From Dendrobates tinctorius (taxonomy: Eukaryota): 64,000 nucleotides of DNA. The notes beneath the pieces are model-generated. The model was not told where the DNA came from. It searched no databases and saw only the letters and a program-made list of their open reading frames with translations. This document shows positions 23,951 to 35,778 of the stretch, piece by piece. The position numbers were made by a program, and so were the translations under genes. Location of the stretch: the NCBI RefSeq assembly GCF_039654945.1, contig NW_027361679.1, forward strand, positions 123,938,001-124,002,000, read 5' to 3'. Every line of letters begins with the position of its first letter. Position 1 is the stretch's first letter.

Positions 23951-25620
23951 TTATCTCCTTTTTCCCAGGGCTTGTTTTCACCTTCTGGACCTGGCCAAAT
24001 TTTATAATTCTTACCAGTGTCATTTTCTGAATTAATAACTCTCGAACACTTCAATGTATCCCAGTGATTTTGAGACATGTTAATGGCAAATTTAGGTCTA
24101 GATTTCTTGCGCTTATTTTTGAAAATATAAAATTTTAGTTAAAATATAGCAATTCTCAAACTAAATTTTTATACCCTTAATCCAGATCATTAGATCACAC
24201 AAAAAAGATCAATAACACTTCCTACATGTTTACTTTACACAAGCATTTTTAAAACATATTTTTTTGTTAGGAAGTAGAAGAGTTAAAAGTTGATCAGCAA
24301 TTTCTCAATTTTCCAACAAAATTTACAAAACAAATAGGTTTTGTACCAATAGGTAGGGACCACATCCTATTTGAAGTGACTGAGGGGAACTGCCAAAAGT
24401 GACACCATTTTAAAAACTGTACCATTCAAAGTGCTCAAAACCACATTCAAGAAGTTTACCGCTTCAAGTGTCTCACAGGAATTAAAGCAATGTGGAAGGA
24501 AAAAAAACCTTTTTCCCTTAAAATGTTGATTTATCCCCAAATTTTTCATTTTCACAAGGGTAAGAGGAGAACTGGACCTTACAATTTTTTGGGGCAATTT
24601 CTTTCTAAGTACACAAAGAGCCCATATGTGGTGGAATACTACTGTTTGGATGCACGGTAGGGCTTGAAAGTGAAGGAGTGCCATTTGATTTTGGAGTGCA
24701 AAATTGGCTGGATTAGATAGCAGACTCCATGTTGTGGCTGAACAGTGGCAAACCCCCACAAATGACTGCATTTTGTAAATTACACCTCTGGAATTTATCT
24801 ATGGGTGTAGTGAACATTCTTAACCTTTAGACGATTCACAATCGGATGTAAAAACGGAATATTAACTTTGTTTCCACAAAAATGTTGCTTTTGCACTAAG
24901 ATTTTAATTTTCAAAAGGGGCAATAGGAGAAAATAAATGGTACAATTTGTTACGCAATTTCTCCTGAGCATACGAAAACCCCCATGTGGTCAAAAACTAC
25001 TTTTGAGGCACCGCACAAAGCTCAGAAGTGAAGAGTGAAATATTAGAGTTCAGATTTTGCTAGATTGGTATGAGGGTGCCATGTCGCATCGGCAGAGCCC
25101 CTGAGGTGCCAGAGCAGCAGAACCTCCCTATAAGTGACCCCATTTTACAAATTACACTTCCAATGAATTCATCTAGGGTTGTAGTGAGCATGTTGACACC
25201 ACATGTGCCTGACAGAATGTTATACCACTGGGTAGTGAAGAATAAATAATGACATTTTTACCACTAAAATGTTTTAGCATCAAAGTTTTTAATTTTTATA
25301 AGAGCTAAAAGGAAAAAAAAATGGACCTCACAGTTTGTTATGCAATTTCTCCTGAGTGCGCTAATAACCTACGTAAAATTGTGAAATTCTTTTCAGGCAC
25401 AGTGAAAAGCTCAAAAGTGAAAGAGCACTATATTGTACTTTAGATTATTTTGTTTGAATTTGGAAGTGTAGCATTCACTCTGCTCAACCTGCTGCTGTCA
25501 AGAGGTGGATGATAGCTGAATTCAGCCATCGTCTGCTGGGAAAGATGCAGGCTCACACACCTAAGTCAGGGACCAAACATATATGATGTAACTATACGTC
25601 ATATGTTGGGAAGGGGTTAA
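23951..25620. mobile_element. piggyBac-like non-autonomous element (old)
   Basis: Ends in GAAGGGGTTAA. Shares internal modules with 7731-13491. Confidence 0.65.
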
Positions 25621-25687
25621 AGTGTTTGGGACCATGTTTATCCAAAAGAGTGGTTGTAACTTAACCGACTGCTGTTTAAGTGTCTAA

Positions 25688-26083
25688 AGCCCACGTTACA
25701 CACTGCGATATCGCTAGCAATATCGCTGTAAAGTCACCGATTTTGTGACGTTGCAGCGATATTGCTAGCGATATCGCTGCATGTGATACTTACCTCCGAC
25801 CCGCTCCCCCGCTGATTGCACGAGAAGCTGCTGGACCATTCCTCGTCGGCCACTTCCTGCGGCGCTTCCTGCTGTGACGACGAGCGACGCGTGGAGCCGG
25901 GCGGGAGGACGCAGGATCGCCGCGTCTGACAGGTAAGTAGCGATCCCCGTCCCCAGCGATGTCGCTGGTGAGATCTGCCTGAGTGGCAGCTCACTAGCGA
26001 CCACCTAGCGATGCACCAGCGATCCTGACTGCGTCATATCGCTGGTCGGGATCGCTGGTGCATCGCTAGGTGTAACAGTACCC
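25688..26083. mobile_element. Harbinger-type MITE (family A), inverted relative to 6745-7153
   Basis: TAA TSD (25685-25687, 26084-26086). Confidence 0.87.
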
Positions 26084-26346
26084 TAACTGCTGAAACCTAC
26101 TCTAATCAAAATGAGCTATACAGAGCCCCATGACAATGGAGTGCAGGTTGAGAGTGTGCACCTACCCTCTATTCATTGTCTGCAGGATTTCTTAGCACAA
26201 TTTACTGTCTATTTCTGGCAGTAAAATTAAAAAATAAATAAAATGATGTAAACAGTCTGCCGAGGAGCTGATGGATTCATGATTCACATCTCAAGTTGTC
26301 CACCCACTTCATGATTGCAACATTTATATCCACGTAATAGTCTCAC

Positions 26347-26500
26347 CTTGCGGACTGTAGCTCTGTGGCCAAGTGGCAGGAGGCTGGCCCGTCCACCCAT
26401 TAGCTGCACTTTGCATTCCTCTACTTCCCCACTGATTAGAACCTGCAGATCCAAGAGTTTGGCTTTTGCTATCACGGGGTTCAGCTCGTTTTACTTCCAC
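26347..26500 (-). CDS. DAZAP1: DAZAP1 coding exon (approx. exon 8): end of RRM2 and start of low-complexity domain
   Basis: Translates VEVKRAEPRDSKSQTLGSAGSNQWGSRGMQSAANGWTGQPPATWPQSYSPQ(G). Acceptor tctttgtttag, donor gtgaga, 154 nt, phase 0-1. Confidence 0.97.
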
Positions 26501-26898
26501 CTAAACAAAGACAGAGACTGATCAGAAAATAGCTCAATAGTTACTGCCCACTCCCCACCCACTACACCCAAAATTATACTTATAAGCTTAGCATTCTAAT
26601 ACTTAATTTAATTAATCTTATATTAAAGGACTCTATATGGGTCTCTGAGAAGCTTAACATACACAGTATAAAGCAAATATATATCTTACTCTATGTGGAA
26701 AACTAGGGATTATTACTATAGCTCTAAAAAGAAAACACTCTCATCCGGACTGTAGGGCCGAGTCGGGACTGGACTTCGCTTCATGTGAATAGTAGTCTGG
26801 GCTCTCTTCTTATCAGAGAATCTCATGGGGCTGGGATACTGCTAGGGAGGCTGCTGATTGGCTGCGTCAAAAATAGCTAATGGAAGATAAAGACTTAC

Positions 26899-26991
26899 CT
26901 TCCCCAGGCTAACGCTTTAAGAATCTCAATTTAATTAACTCGCAAATAATGTCAGAGGGAATGGATGTGGTAAGAGAATCTTACACTATAT
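26899..26991 (-). other. Candidate 93-nt poison (stop-codon) cassette exon of DAZAP1
   Basis: Acceptor gttttgtttactttttttgttag, consensus donor AAG|gtaagt. Four in-frame stops in phase 0 (ATA TAG ... TAA ... TGA ... TAA). Confidence 0.65.
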
Positions 26992-28178
26992 CTAACAAAA
27001 AAAGTAAACAAAACATGCAAGTAATACAAAATGGACAGTTTGGTCAATAAGAAGCATATTCTTCATACTGTGTTGTTAAAGTTACATAGCAGTAGCAACA
27101 ATCCATCGCTTTGGTCTCACCCACATTTTTTTGTCTGTAAGAATATATTGGGGTCCTGTCAAGATCTTCTATTTGAACTATTGTGTGCTACAGACATACT
27201 ATATGAGACACCATCATAAAACGTAATCAGCAGCTGGAAACTGCATTACATGACTTAAAGCTTTCCCTTGTACTAGACAATTATATACAAGAGGAACATA
27301 ATTCCACAGTGAATCTTCATTTTCGGTCCTCCATTATTCAGACTGTATAGCAATCCATAGATAGAATATAAGAGGATGAGCGAGGCCCAGAGAAGTTTTC
27401 TTCTCTGTCCTCATTCTAACTAGTGTGTCCTCCATCAAATGATCAGACTAGCCAGCCAGTCTGAACAACAGAAATTACTATTTCAGGAAGTTTTAGAAGT
27501 CAGCGATGATAATAGTGTATCTCTCAAGGAATGTATCTTGTGCTAGTTTATAAACATCCAGCCTGGTGTGGCACTATTAGTTGTGCATGACCTGTAGCTA
27601 CAAATGGTAATTGCTCCTACGCAGTCTTCTCTAGCCACTGAATAAATTATGGGGAACCTACATATGAGCCTACACCACTATCGCTAACCCCTAACGTTAG
27701 CGATGCAAGACCTCTCAGACATGACAACACAGTATGAACAGTTCACTTTACTGCAGAATGGTTAAACTACTGAGAACATGGCTTTTGTACCAAAGTTTCA
27801 CAGTAAGTGACCCAGTAATGAAACAGTAACAGCATCCAGTCCTTCATGAAGTCTTCCATTTGCCAAATACTTTTTTCCTGTCCCCGTTGCATAATGAATT
27901 TGAAACCCCGTGACTTCAGAAGGAATGGCATCAAGCCAAACCTTAGGCAGCAGAGATGTCCTTGAGGACTCCATGACTTAGGAGCAAGAAGAACAGAACT
28001 AGCAATAACTGAATTTTACTGAGCATCCTTCCAATTTTTTAACATGAAACATTCCCTCTTCCTACTGGAACTATAAAATGCTCACATCCCCAACTTTTTA
28101 TAATAAGAAAAAAAAAAAAAACACAAAACAAAAAAAAAAAAACATCACTTCACCAAGGACATTGACTGCTCCCCAAGA

Positions 28179-28390
28179 NNNNNNNNNNNNNNNNNNNNNN
28201 NNNNNNNNNNNNNNNNNNNNNNNNNNNNNNNNNNNNNNNNNNNNNNNNNNNNNNNNNNNNNNNNNNNNNNNNNNNNNNNNNNNNNNNNNNNNNNNNNNNN
28301 NNNNNNNNNNNNNNNNNNNNNNNNNNNNNNNNNNNNNNNNNNNNNNNNNNNNNNNNNNNNNNNNNNNNNNNNNNNNNNNNNNNNNNNNNN
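28179..28390. other. Assembly gap (212 N), probable site of the missing RRM2 RNP1 exon
   Basis: N run. The expected GFGFITF...MGKK exon (phase 1-0) was not found by eye elsewhere between 26501 and 36530. Confidence 0.7.
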
Positions 28391-29914
28391 CTCAGCAGCA
28401 GGATTAGGGTATAGCAACTCCAGCCATAGTGAAAACAGCAAGCTGACTTGTAGACAAGTGGGAGAATTAATTAACCACTGAAAATCTGGTTACAATCATA
28501 TATGTCAGTAAAAGATCACTAGTCAAACATGGACAAAATGTCAAGGAATGGGAGCCAGAAATATCATTTTGTAAGGTACCCAAATAGAAACCATGTCATC
28601 TTGCTGCAAATGGCATCTGAGTGTACTTAGAAACTAGCATGTGCTGTGAAGTTGCTTGCAACTCTGCTGCTTCCTTCTTGGTGGCATTTTGCTTTGCAGC
28701 TAGTGCTGACAGCAGCCATACATATTTCTAAAGCGTTAAACAGATACAATATCTAACAGCTAAGGACTACCAAAGCTTTCCCAACACTGTTGGAAAAGCC
28801 CAGAGTCTAAACTGGAGAAAAAGCTATATGAATACACAAAGATACAGGCCAAGCTGAGATCCAGCAGGACAATTGTTAAATATTCTAAAGGTTTGCATTT
28901 CCCACTACAGCAAGTGAGGTGTAAACAAAGTATCAGTAGATGTGCAAATAATCTCCATGTAGACCATTCACTAAACACTGCTAAAACTGGTATGGAAGCA
29001 AAAACCTTTTCACCCAAACGAAGATCATGGTAACACTACTGTAAAGGCACCTTTCTGTTTCTGTATTACAGTCCCTAATCTTGGCCTGACAACAGTCCTG
29101 ATCATCATAAGGACCAAGAAATATGTTAGTTTGGATGAGGAGACCCACAAAGTATGATGCCTGTGAGAAATTGGTTTTAGATGGATTATTATCTGGGACA
29201 TCCAATCTACATGAGTATAAAGGAAGAAGTCTTATGGCTCTCTAGAGAGGGGCAAAAGGATAGAAACCAACAGCACTAAAAACGTTTGCAGAAAAGGTGT
29301 ATGAAATGTATAAAAGCCAACAACTAAAAGGTCAACAAATATGTACAACTCGATCATTCTTATCCTACGCTCACACCATCGTATATTTGATCCAAGTGCT
29401 TTCTGTGGAAAAGCTGAAAGCACTCGGACCAATGTTATTCAGACAGCTGTTGATACAACAGGTTTTTTTCGTTTCCCGGAACAAATGTCCTCCAAGAACA
29501 ATTTGCAAAACGCACTAGTCCCAAAAAATGGATCCCAAGTAGTCAACCGTATAGCATCAGAATTTTAGACATATTGTATTTCTTTAACCCCTTTACACCA
29601 TTTAGATATGGCATATGTTGTGTCCCTGCCTTTGATGTGGGCTAGCAAGCAGCCGCATATTTCCTTGCAGATGGTCGATTTTGGTCGAACAGCTGCAGGT
29701 GGAACAGAAATATGCCTACAAATGTTAACATGTTAAATACCACTGTCAATCTCTGAGTGTCAGATAACACACACCAATATGTAAGAAGGAGTTAGTGGAT
29801 GATCTCCGCGCTGCCGACAGAATTAAGACATATCCCAGTGTAGTAAAGTAAAATGGTTTTATTTTGACGCGTTTTGAAGTAAAGCTACTTCAGGAAAAAA
29901 ACACAACACATGTA

Positions 29915-30126
29915 TATTATTAATTTTACTCAATCATATAGCGCCATTAATTCCACAGCGCTTTACAGGCATTATCTGTACTGTCCCCATAGGGGCTCAT
30001 AATTTAAACCAGTATGTCTTTAGAGTGTGGGAGGAATTCGTAGAACCCAGAGGAAACCCACACAAACACAGGGAGAACATACAAACTCCTTGCAGATACT
30101 TTCCCTAGGGGATTTGAACCCAGGAT
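29915..30126 (-). mobile_element. SINE with L2-like 3' tail, 5'-truncated
   Basis: Reverse strand has B box GGTTCAAATCC, core GGAGTTTGTATGTTCTCCCTGTGTTTG and tail TAAAGCGCTGTGGAATTAATGGCGCTATAT. Confidence 0.8.
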
Positions 30127-30528
30127 TATATCATGCGTTTTTTCCTGAAGTAGCTTTGTACTAACCTCCTTCTTACCTATTGATGTCTATTGGTCCCTTA
30201 TTGACCCGTGGATCTGCTGCAGCTGATATTGCACTATATGCCGTTTTAACAGATTAAACAGGCGAGTTTAATCTGAGCGTAAAGCTCACCATTTCTCAGA
30301 GAAGGCTTTATTGGCGCTGAACTCTCCTACTGTTTTCCTTGGAGATAACACACCGGTATGGGGCTCGCTATCCCATGCTCCTATTGGCACACCTGTGACG
30401 TGATCACGGGGCACCAATGTGCTGCCTTGACAGCCATCATTACTATACTGAAAGCCAGAATTTAGCTGGAGTTCATAGGAGATCCTGATCTTAGCTATAC
30501 ATAGCAGTGCTGATGCACTACTGTGTAA

Positions 30529-30824
30529 GGCTACATTCACATTAGCGTTCGGGGGCTCTGCGGAGGGCTGCGTACTTCCTCCGTTAAGCCCCGCCTATTT
30601 CCGCATGCGTCCTTCGTACCTATCATTAACATTGGGTTCGCAGGACAAGTTGCTTTTTGCGCAGACGGCAGGCGCATCAAAACAACGCATCTGCATACAT
30701 CCGCATGTCCTGCGTACCCAATGTTAAAGATAGGTACACAGGACGCATGCAGAAGTAGGCGGGGCTTAACGGATGAAGTATGCAGCCCTCCGCAGAGCCC
30801 TCAAACGCAAATGTGAACCCGGCC
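30529..30824. mobile_element. Harbinger-type foldback MITE
   Basis: TAA TSD, termini GGCTACATTCACATT / AATGTGAACCCGGCC, long imperfect arms. Confidence 0.8.
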
Positions 30825-30977
30825 TAAAGTACACACAATCAATCGCAGCTTCAAGTCCCCTAAGAAAACTATCATAGCAAAAAAAAAAAAAATACAAAAG
30901 TTCAAATAAGAAAAAACAAAACACAATTTGGTATCGCAGCATTCAGAAAAGTCCAATCAACATGTAAAATAAATTAC

Positions 30978-31545
30978 CATATTTTTAGGATTATAAGACA
31001 CTCCATATTATAAGACACTTTGGATTATAAGACGCACCCCAAATTTTGAGAAAAATAGGAAAACATTTTTTATTAAATAAAACGGTGGTGGTTCTTATAA
31101 TCCTTGCGTCTTATTGCTTACCGTGGGTGGTGGCTGCGGTGAAGCAGGGGTCCCAGCTGGAGAAAGCAGGAATGGGGTGATGCTTCAGGCCACAGGCTGG
31201 GACGAGGGGGTGTCCGATGTGCAGTGCGCTGCATGGAGATCTCAGCATAAAGATCTCCGGAGATGAGATTTCAGCGCTGAAATCTCATCTCCTGAGATCT
31301 TGATGTCGGCATGCGCTGCCCCCTGGAGGCCATTTTCCCAGAGACCACGGAACTGCAGGGGGGCCCCCTCTGGCCTTTCTCAAAATGTAAGCAGAGCCCC
31401 ACCACACTGCCGGAGACCCCGCAGCACCGCAGGGCACGTCCTCATCAGCCTGCAGCAACGGTATCAGTAAGGTATATAGACATTTATAAGACGCACCCCC
31501 ATTACCCCCCAAAATTAGGGGGGGTGCATCTTATAATCAGTAAAA
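30978..31545. mobile_element. Tc1/mariner (Tc2/pogo-like) MITE
   Basis: TA-CCATATTTTTAGGATTATAAGAC terminus with repeated TTATAAGACGCAC motifs. Right end is eroded. Confidence 0.6.
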
Positions 31546-31830
31546 GACCGTAATCCGATTGGTAAATAGCGTAATAGGAGCATCGAAACAGAATACAGTT
31601 TTTTTTAGCAGCCACAACATTGCAATAAAATGCAGTAAGAGGCAAGCAAAACATTGTATCTATCCCAAAATTGTATCAGTAAAAAAGTCAGGTCAGAGAG
31701 CAAAATACTAGTCCTCACACAGCTCCCTATAGCAAAAATGTAAAATGTTACAAGTTTTGGGGAGAAAAATGCGAATTTTTTTCACCACAAAAACAAAAAA
31801 AAACCCACGCTATACATTTTGGAATATTTA

Positions 31831-34800
31831 CCGTATATGCTCGTGTATAAGCCGACCCCCCAATTTTGCCACAAAAAATGGGAAAACTTATTGACAGCCT
31901 AGGGTGGAAAATGCAGCAGCTACTGGTAAATTTCAAAAATAAAAATAGATACGAATAAAAGTAAAATTAATTGAGACATCAGTAGGTTAAATGTTTTTGA
32001 ATATCCATACTGAATCACGAGCCACAATGCTCCATACAGTTCACGATGGCCCCATAAGATGCTCCATACAAAATACACCCCATATATTGCTGCACAAAGT
32101 TTAATAAATGGCCCCTTAAGATGCTCCATAGAATAATATGCCCCCACAGGCTGCCCCCTAGAACATGCCCCCACAGGCTGCCCCCATAGAAGCTGCCCCC
32201 ATAGAATATGCCCATAGAAGCTGCCCCCATAGAATATGCCCATAGAAGCTGCCCCCATAGAATATGCCCCCATATGCTGCCCCATAGGATATGCCCCCAT
32301 ATGCTGCCCCATAGGATATGCCCCCATATGCTGCCCCATAGGATATGCCCCCATATGCTGCCCCATAGAATATGCCCCCATATGCTGCCCCATAGAACAT
32401 GCCCCCATAGAAGCTGCCCCCATATGCTGCCCCATAGAACATGCCCCCATAGAAGCTGCCCCCATATGCTGCCCCATAGAACATGCCCCCATAGAAGCTG
32501 CCCCCATATGCTGCCCCATAGAATATGCCCCCATATGCTGCCCCATAGAATATGCCCCCATATGCCCCCATATGCTGCCCCATAGAATATGCCGCCCCAT
32601 AGAAAATGCCCCCCCACAGAATATGCCCCATAGAATATGCCCCCCCACAGAAGCTGCCCCATAGGATATGCCCCCATATGCTGCCCCATAGGATATGCCC
32701 CCATATGCTGCCCCATAGGATATGCCCCCATATGCTGCCCCATAGGATATGCCCCCATATGCTGCCCCATAGGATATGCCCCCATATGCTGCCCCATAGG
32801 ATATGCCCCCATATGCTGCCCCATAGGATATGCCCCCATATGCTGCCCCATAGGATATGCCCCCATATGCTGCCCCATAGGATATGCCCCCATATGCTGC
32901 CCCATAGGATATGCCCCCATATGCTGCCCCATAGGATATGCCCCCATATGCTGCCCCATAGGATATGCCCCCATATGCTGCCCCATAGGATATGCCCCCA
33001 TATGCTGCCCCATAGGATATGCCCCCATAGGATATGCCCCCATATGCTGCCCCCATATGCTGCCCCATAGGATATGCCCCCATAGGATATGCCCCCATAG
33101 GATATGCCCCCATATGCTGCCCCCATAGGATATGCCCCCATATGCTGCCCCATAGGATATGCCCCCATATGCTGCCCCATAGAATATGCCCCCATATGCT
33201 GCCCCATAGAATATGCCCCCATATGCTGCCCCATAGAATATGCCCCCATATGCTGCCCCATAGAATATGCCCCCATATGCTGCCCCATAGAATATGCCCC
33301 CATATGCTGCCCCATAGAATATGCCCCCATATGCTGCCCCATAGGATATGCCCCCATATGCTGCCCCATAGGATATGCCCCCATATGCTGCCCCCATAGG
33401 ATATGCCCCCATATGCTGCCCCCATAGGATATGCCCCCATAGGATATGCCCCCATATGCTGCCCCCATAGGATATGCCCCCATATGCTGCCCCCATAGGA
33501 TATGCCCCCATATGCTGCCCCCATAGGATATGCCCCCATATGCTGCCCCCATAGGATATGCCCCCATATGCTGCCCCCATAGGATATGCCCCCATATGCT
33601 GCCCCATAGGATATGCCCCCATATGCTGCCCCATAGGATATGCCCCCATATGCTGCCCCATAGGATATGCCCCCATATGCTGCCCCATAGGATATGCCCC
33701 CATATGCTGCCCCATAGGATATGCCCCCATATGCTGCCCCATAGGATATGCCCCCATATGCTGCCCCATAGGATATGCCCCCATATGCTGCCCCATAGGA
33801 TATGCCCCCATAGAAGCTGCCCCATAGGATATGCCCCCATAGAAGCTGCCCCCATAGGATATGCCCCCATAGAAGCTGCCCCCATATGCTGCCCCATAGA
33901 ATATGCCCCCATATGCTGCCCCATAGAATATGCCCCCATATGCTGCCCCATAGAATATGCCCCCATATGCTGCCCCATAGAATATGCCCCCATATGCTGC
34001 CCCATAGGATATGCCCCCATATGCTGCCCCCATATGCTGCCCCCATAGGATATGCCCCCATATGCTGCCCCCATAGGATATGCCCCCATATGCTGCCCCC
34101 ATAGGATATGCCCCCATATGCTGCCCCATAGGATATGCCCCCATATGCTGCCCCATAGGATATGCCCCCATATGCTGCCCCATAGGATATGCCCCCATAT
34201 GCTGCCCCATAGGATATGCCCCCATATGCTGCCCCATAGGATATGCCCCCATATGCTGCCCCATAGGATATGCCCCCATATGCTGCCCCATAGGATATGC
34301 CCCCATATGCTGCCCCATAGGATATGCCCCCATATGCTGCCCCATAGGATATGCCCCCATATGCTGCCCCATAGGATATGCCCCCATATGCTGCCCCATA
34401 GGATATGCCCCCATATGCTGCCCCATAGGATATGCCCCCATATGCTGCCCCATAGGATATGCCCCCATATGCTGCCCCATAGGATATGCCCCCATATGCT
34501 GCCCCATAGGATATGCCCCCATATGCTGCCCCATAGGATATGCCCCCATATGCTGCCCCATAGGATATGCCCCCATATGCTGCCCCATAGGATATGCCCC
34601 CATATGCTGCCCCATAGAATATGCCCCCATATGCTGCCCCATAGAATATGCCCCCATATAATATGCCCCATATGCTGATGCTGCAAAAAAATGACACTCA
34701 CCTCTCCTTGCTGAGGGCCAGGTGCTGGTGTCGCCGCTGGCTCATGACCCGGCACCTGAGATACTCACCTGTCCCCAGTCAATCGCTGCTTGCTGCTGCA

Positions 34801-35196
34801 TCTTCTGTCAGTGACTGTTTAGGCAGCAAAGGACGCAGCGCGCACTAACCACGTCATCGCGCCCTCTGCTGCCTAAACGTCACTGACCGAGGACGCAGCA
34901 GACAGCAGCAAGCAGCGATGGACCAGGGACAGGTGAATATTGGATAGACTTACCCCCCTCCTTGCACGGTCTCTGCAGCCCCCTTTGCTTCTCTGACGGT
35001 CTCCCTTCCTTCAGCGGTCACATGGTACCGCTCATTAAACTCATGAATATGCACATATTCATTAGTTTAATGAGCGGTACCATGTGGGGGGGGGCCGCAG
35101 AGATGCGTCAGTAATATCTGACACCCCCGCTCCCCCTCCCCGGTATATGACTTGTGTATAAGCTGAAAATCTCGGCTTATACACGAGTATATACGG
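31831..35196. mobile_element. Tc1/mariner (Tc2/pogo-like) MITE carrying an expanded minisatellite
   Basis: TA TSD, TIRs CCGTATATGCTCGTGTATAAGCCGA / TCGGCTTATACACGAGTATATACGG. Confidence 0.85.
32137..34675. repeat. ~2.5 kb minisatellite, dominant 27-bp unit ATATGCCCCCATATGCTGCCCCATAGG
   Basis: Tandem array with 28-bp variants and 14-15-bp sub-unit variants. Source of the three 865-925 aa ORFs. Confidence 0.98.
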
Positions 35197-35756
35197 TATT
35201 TAAATCATACTGACTGTACACTGTATAGTGAACATAGTAAACAAAAAAAATCGTGGAACTGCACTTTTTTTGCAATTTCAATGTAATTGGATTTTTTTCC
35301 CCACTTCCCAGTGCAACATATGATAAAATGAATGATGCCATTCAAAAGTACAACTTGTCTAGGAAAAAACAAACCCTCATACGGCCATGTGGATGGAAAA
35401 TTAAAGTTATGGACATGAAGGGGTTAACAGAAGACTATTTGTTACTGTAAATTTCAATAACGGTTGATGCATAAAAAACGGATGCTATACAAAGTGCAAA
35501 TGCATGAAAAAAATTATTTTACTAAATGAAAATTTGCAAAAATTTTGAATACTCATCTGACCTCTGCCTTAGAAGAATTCAACATGTCAGCTAGTATAGG
35601 AAGATTGTGAAAGAAGGGGGAAAGGTCTGTCTAAAAGTCACAGGTAAAGTTTAACAGCACAGAAATCCCTAAACATACAAAAACAGTACTGACACTTCAT
35701 TTACACCCCAAACATACAGCAGCACCCCCAGCTTATCTAACTAGACTGGCCTGTAC

Positions 35757-35778
35757 CTGAGTGATAGAGCTTAAACAC
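35757..35778 (-). other. Candidate 22-nt poison microexon of DAZAP1
   Basis: Strong acceptor ctctctagctttcttttctctag, exon GTGTTTAAGCTCTATCACTCAG, donor gtacag. After the phase-1 upstream exon it reads G|GT GTT TAA. Confidence 0.55.

Larger units (their letters stand above)
29584..35427. mobile_element. piggyBac-like non-autonomous element expanded by nested insertions
   Basis: TTAACCCCTT at 29584 and GAAGGGGTTAA ending at 35427. Host segments match 15282-16342. Confidence 0.7.

Noticed and set aside
28078-28441. ORFs containing X runs (also near 37783, 44306 and 46045)
   Set aside because: Artefacts of translating through N-gaps.
31920-34755. Three 865-925 aa ORFs resembling Gly/Tyr-rich keratin-associated proteins, plus Cys/Pro-rich plus-strand ORFs
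   Set aside because: They arise from a 27-bp minisatellite with no stops on the minus strand, inside a TA-flanked MITE. All three frames are equally open, so there is no sign of coding selection.
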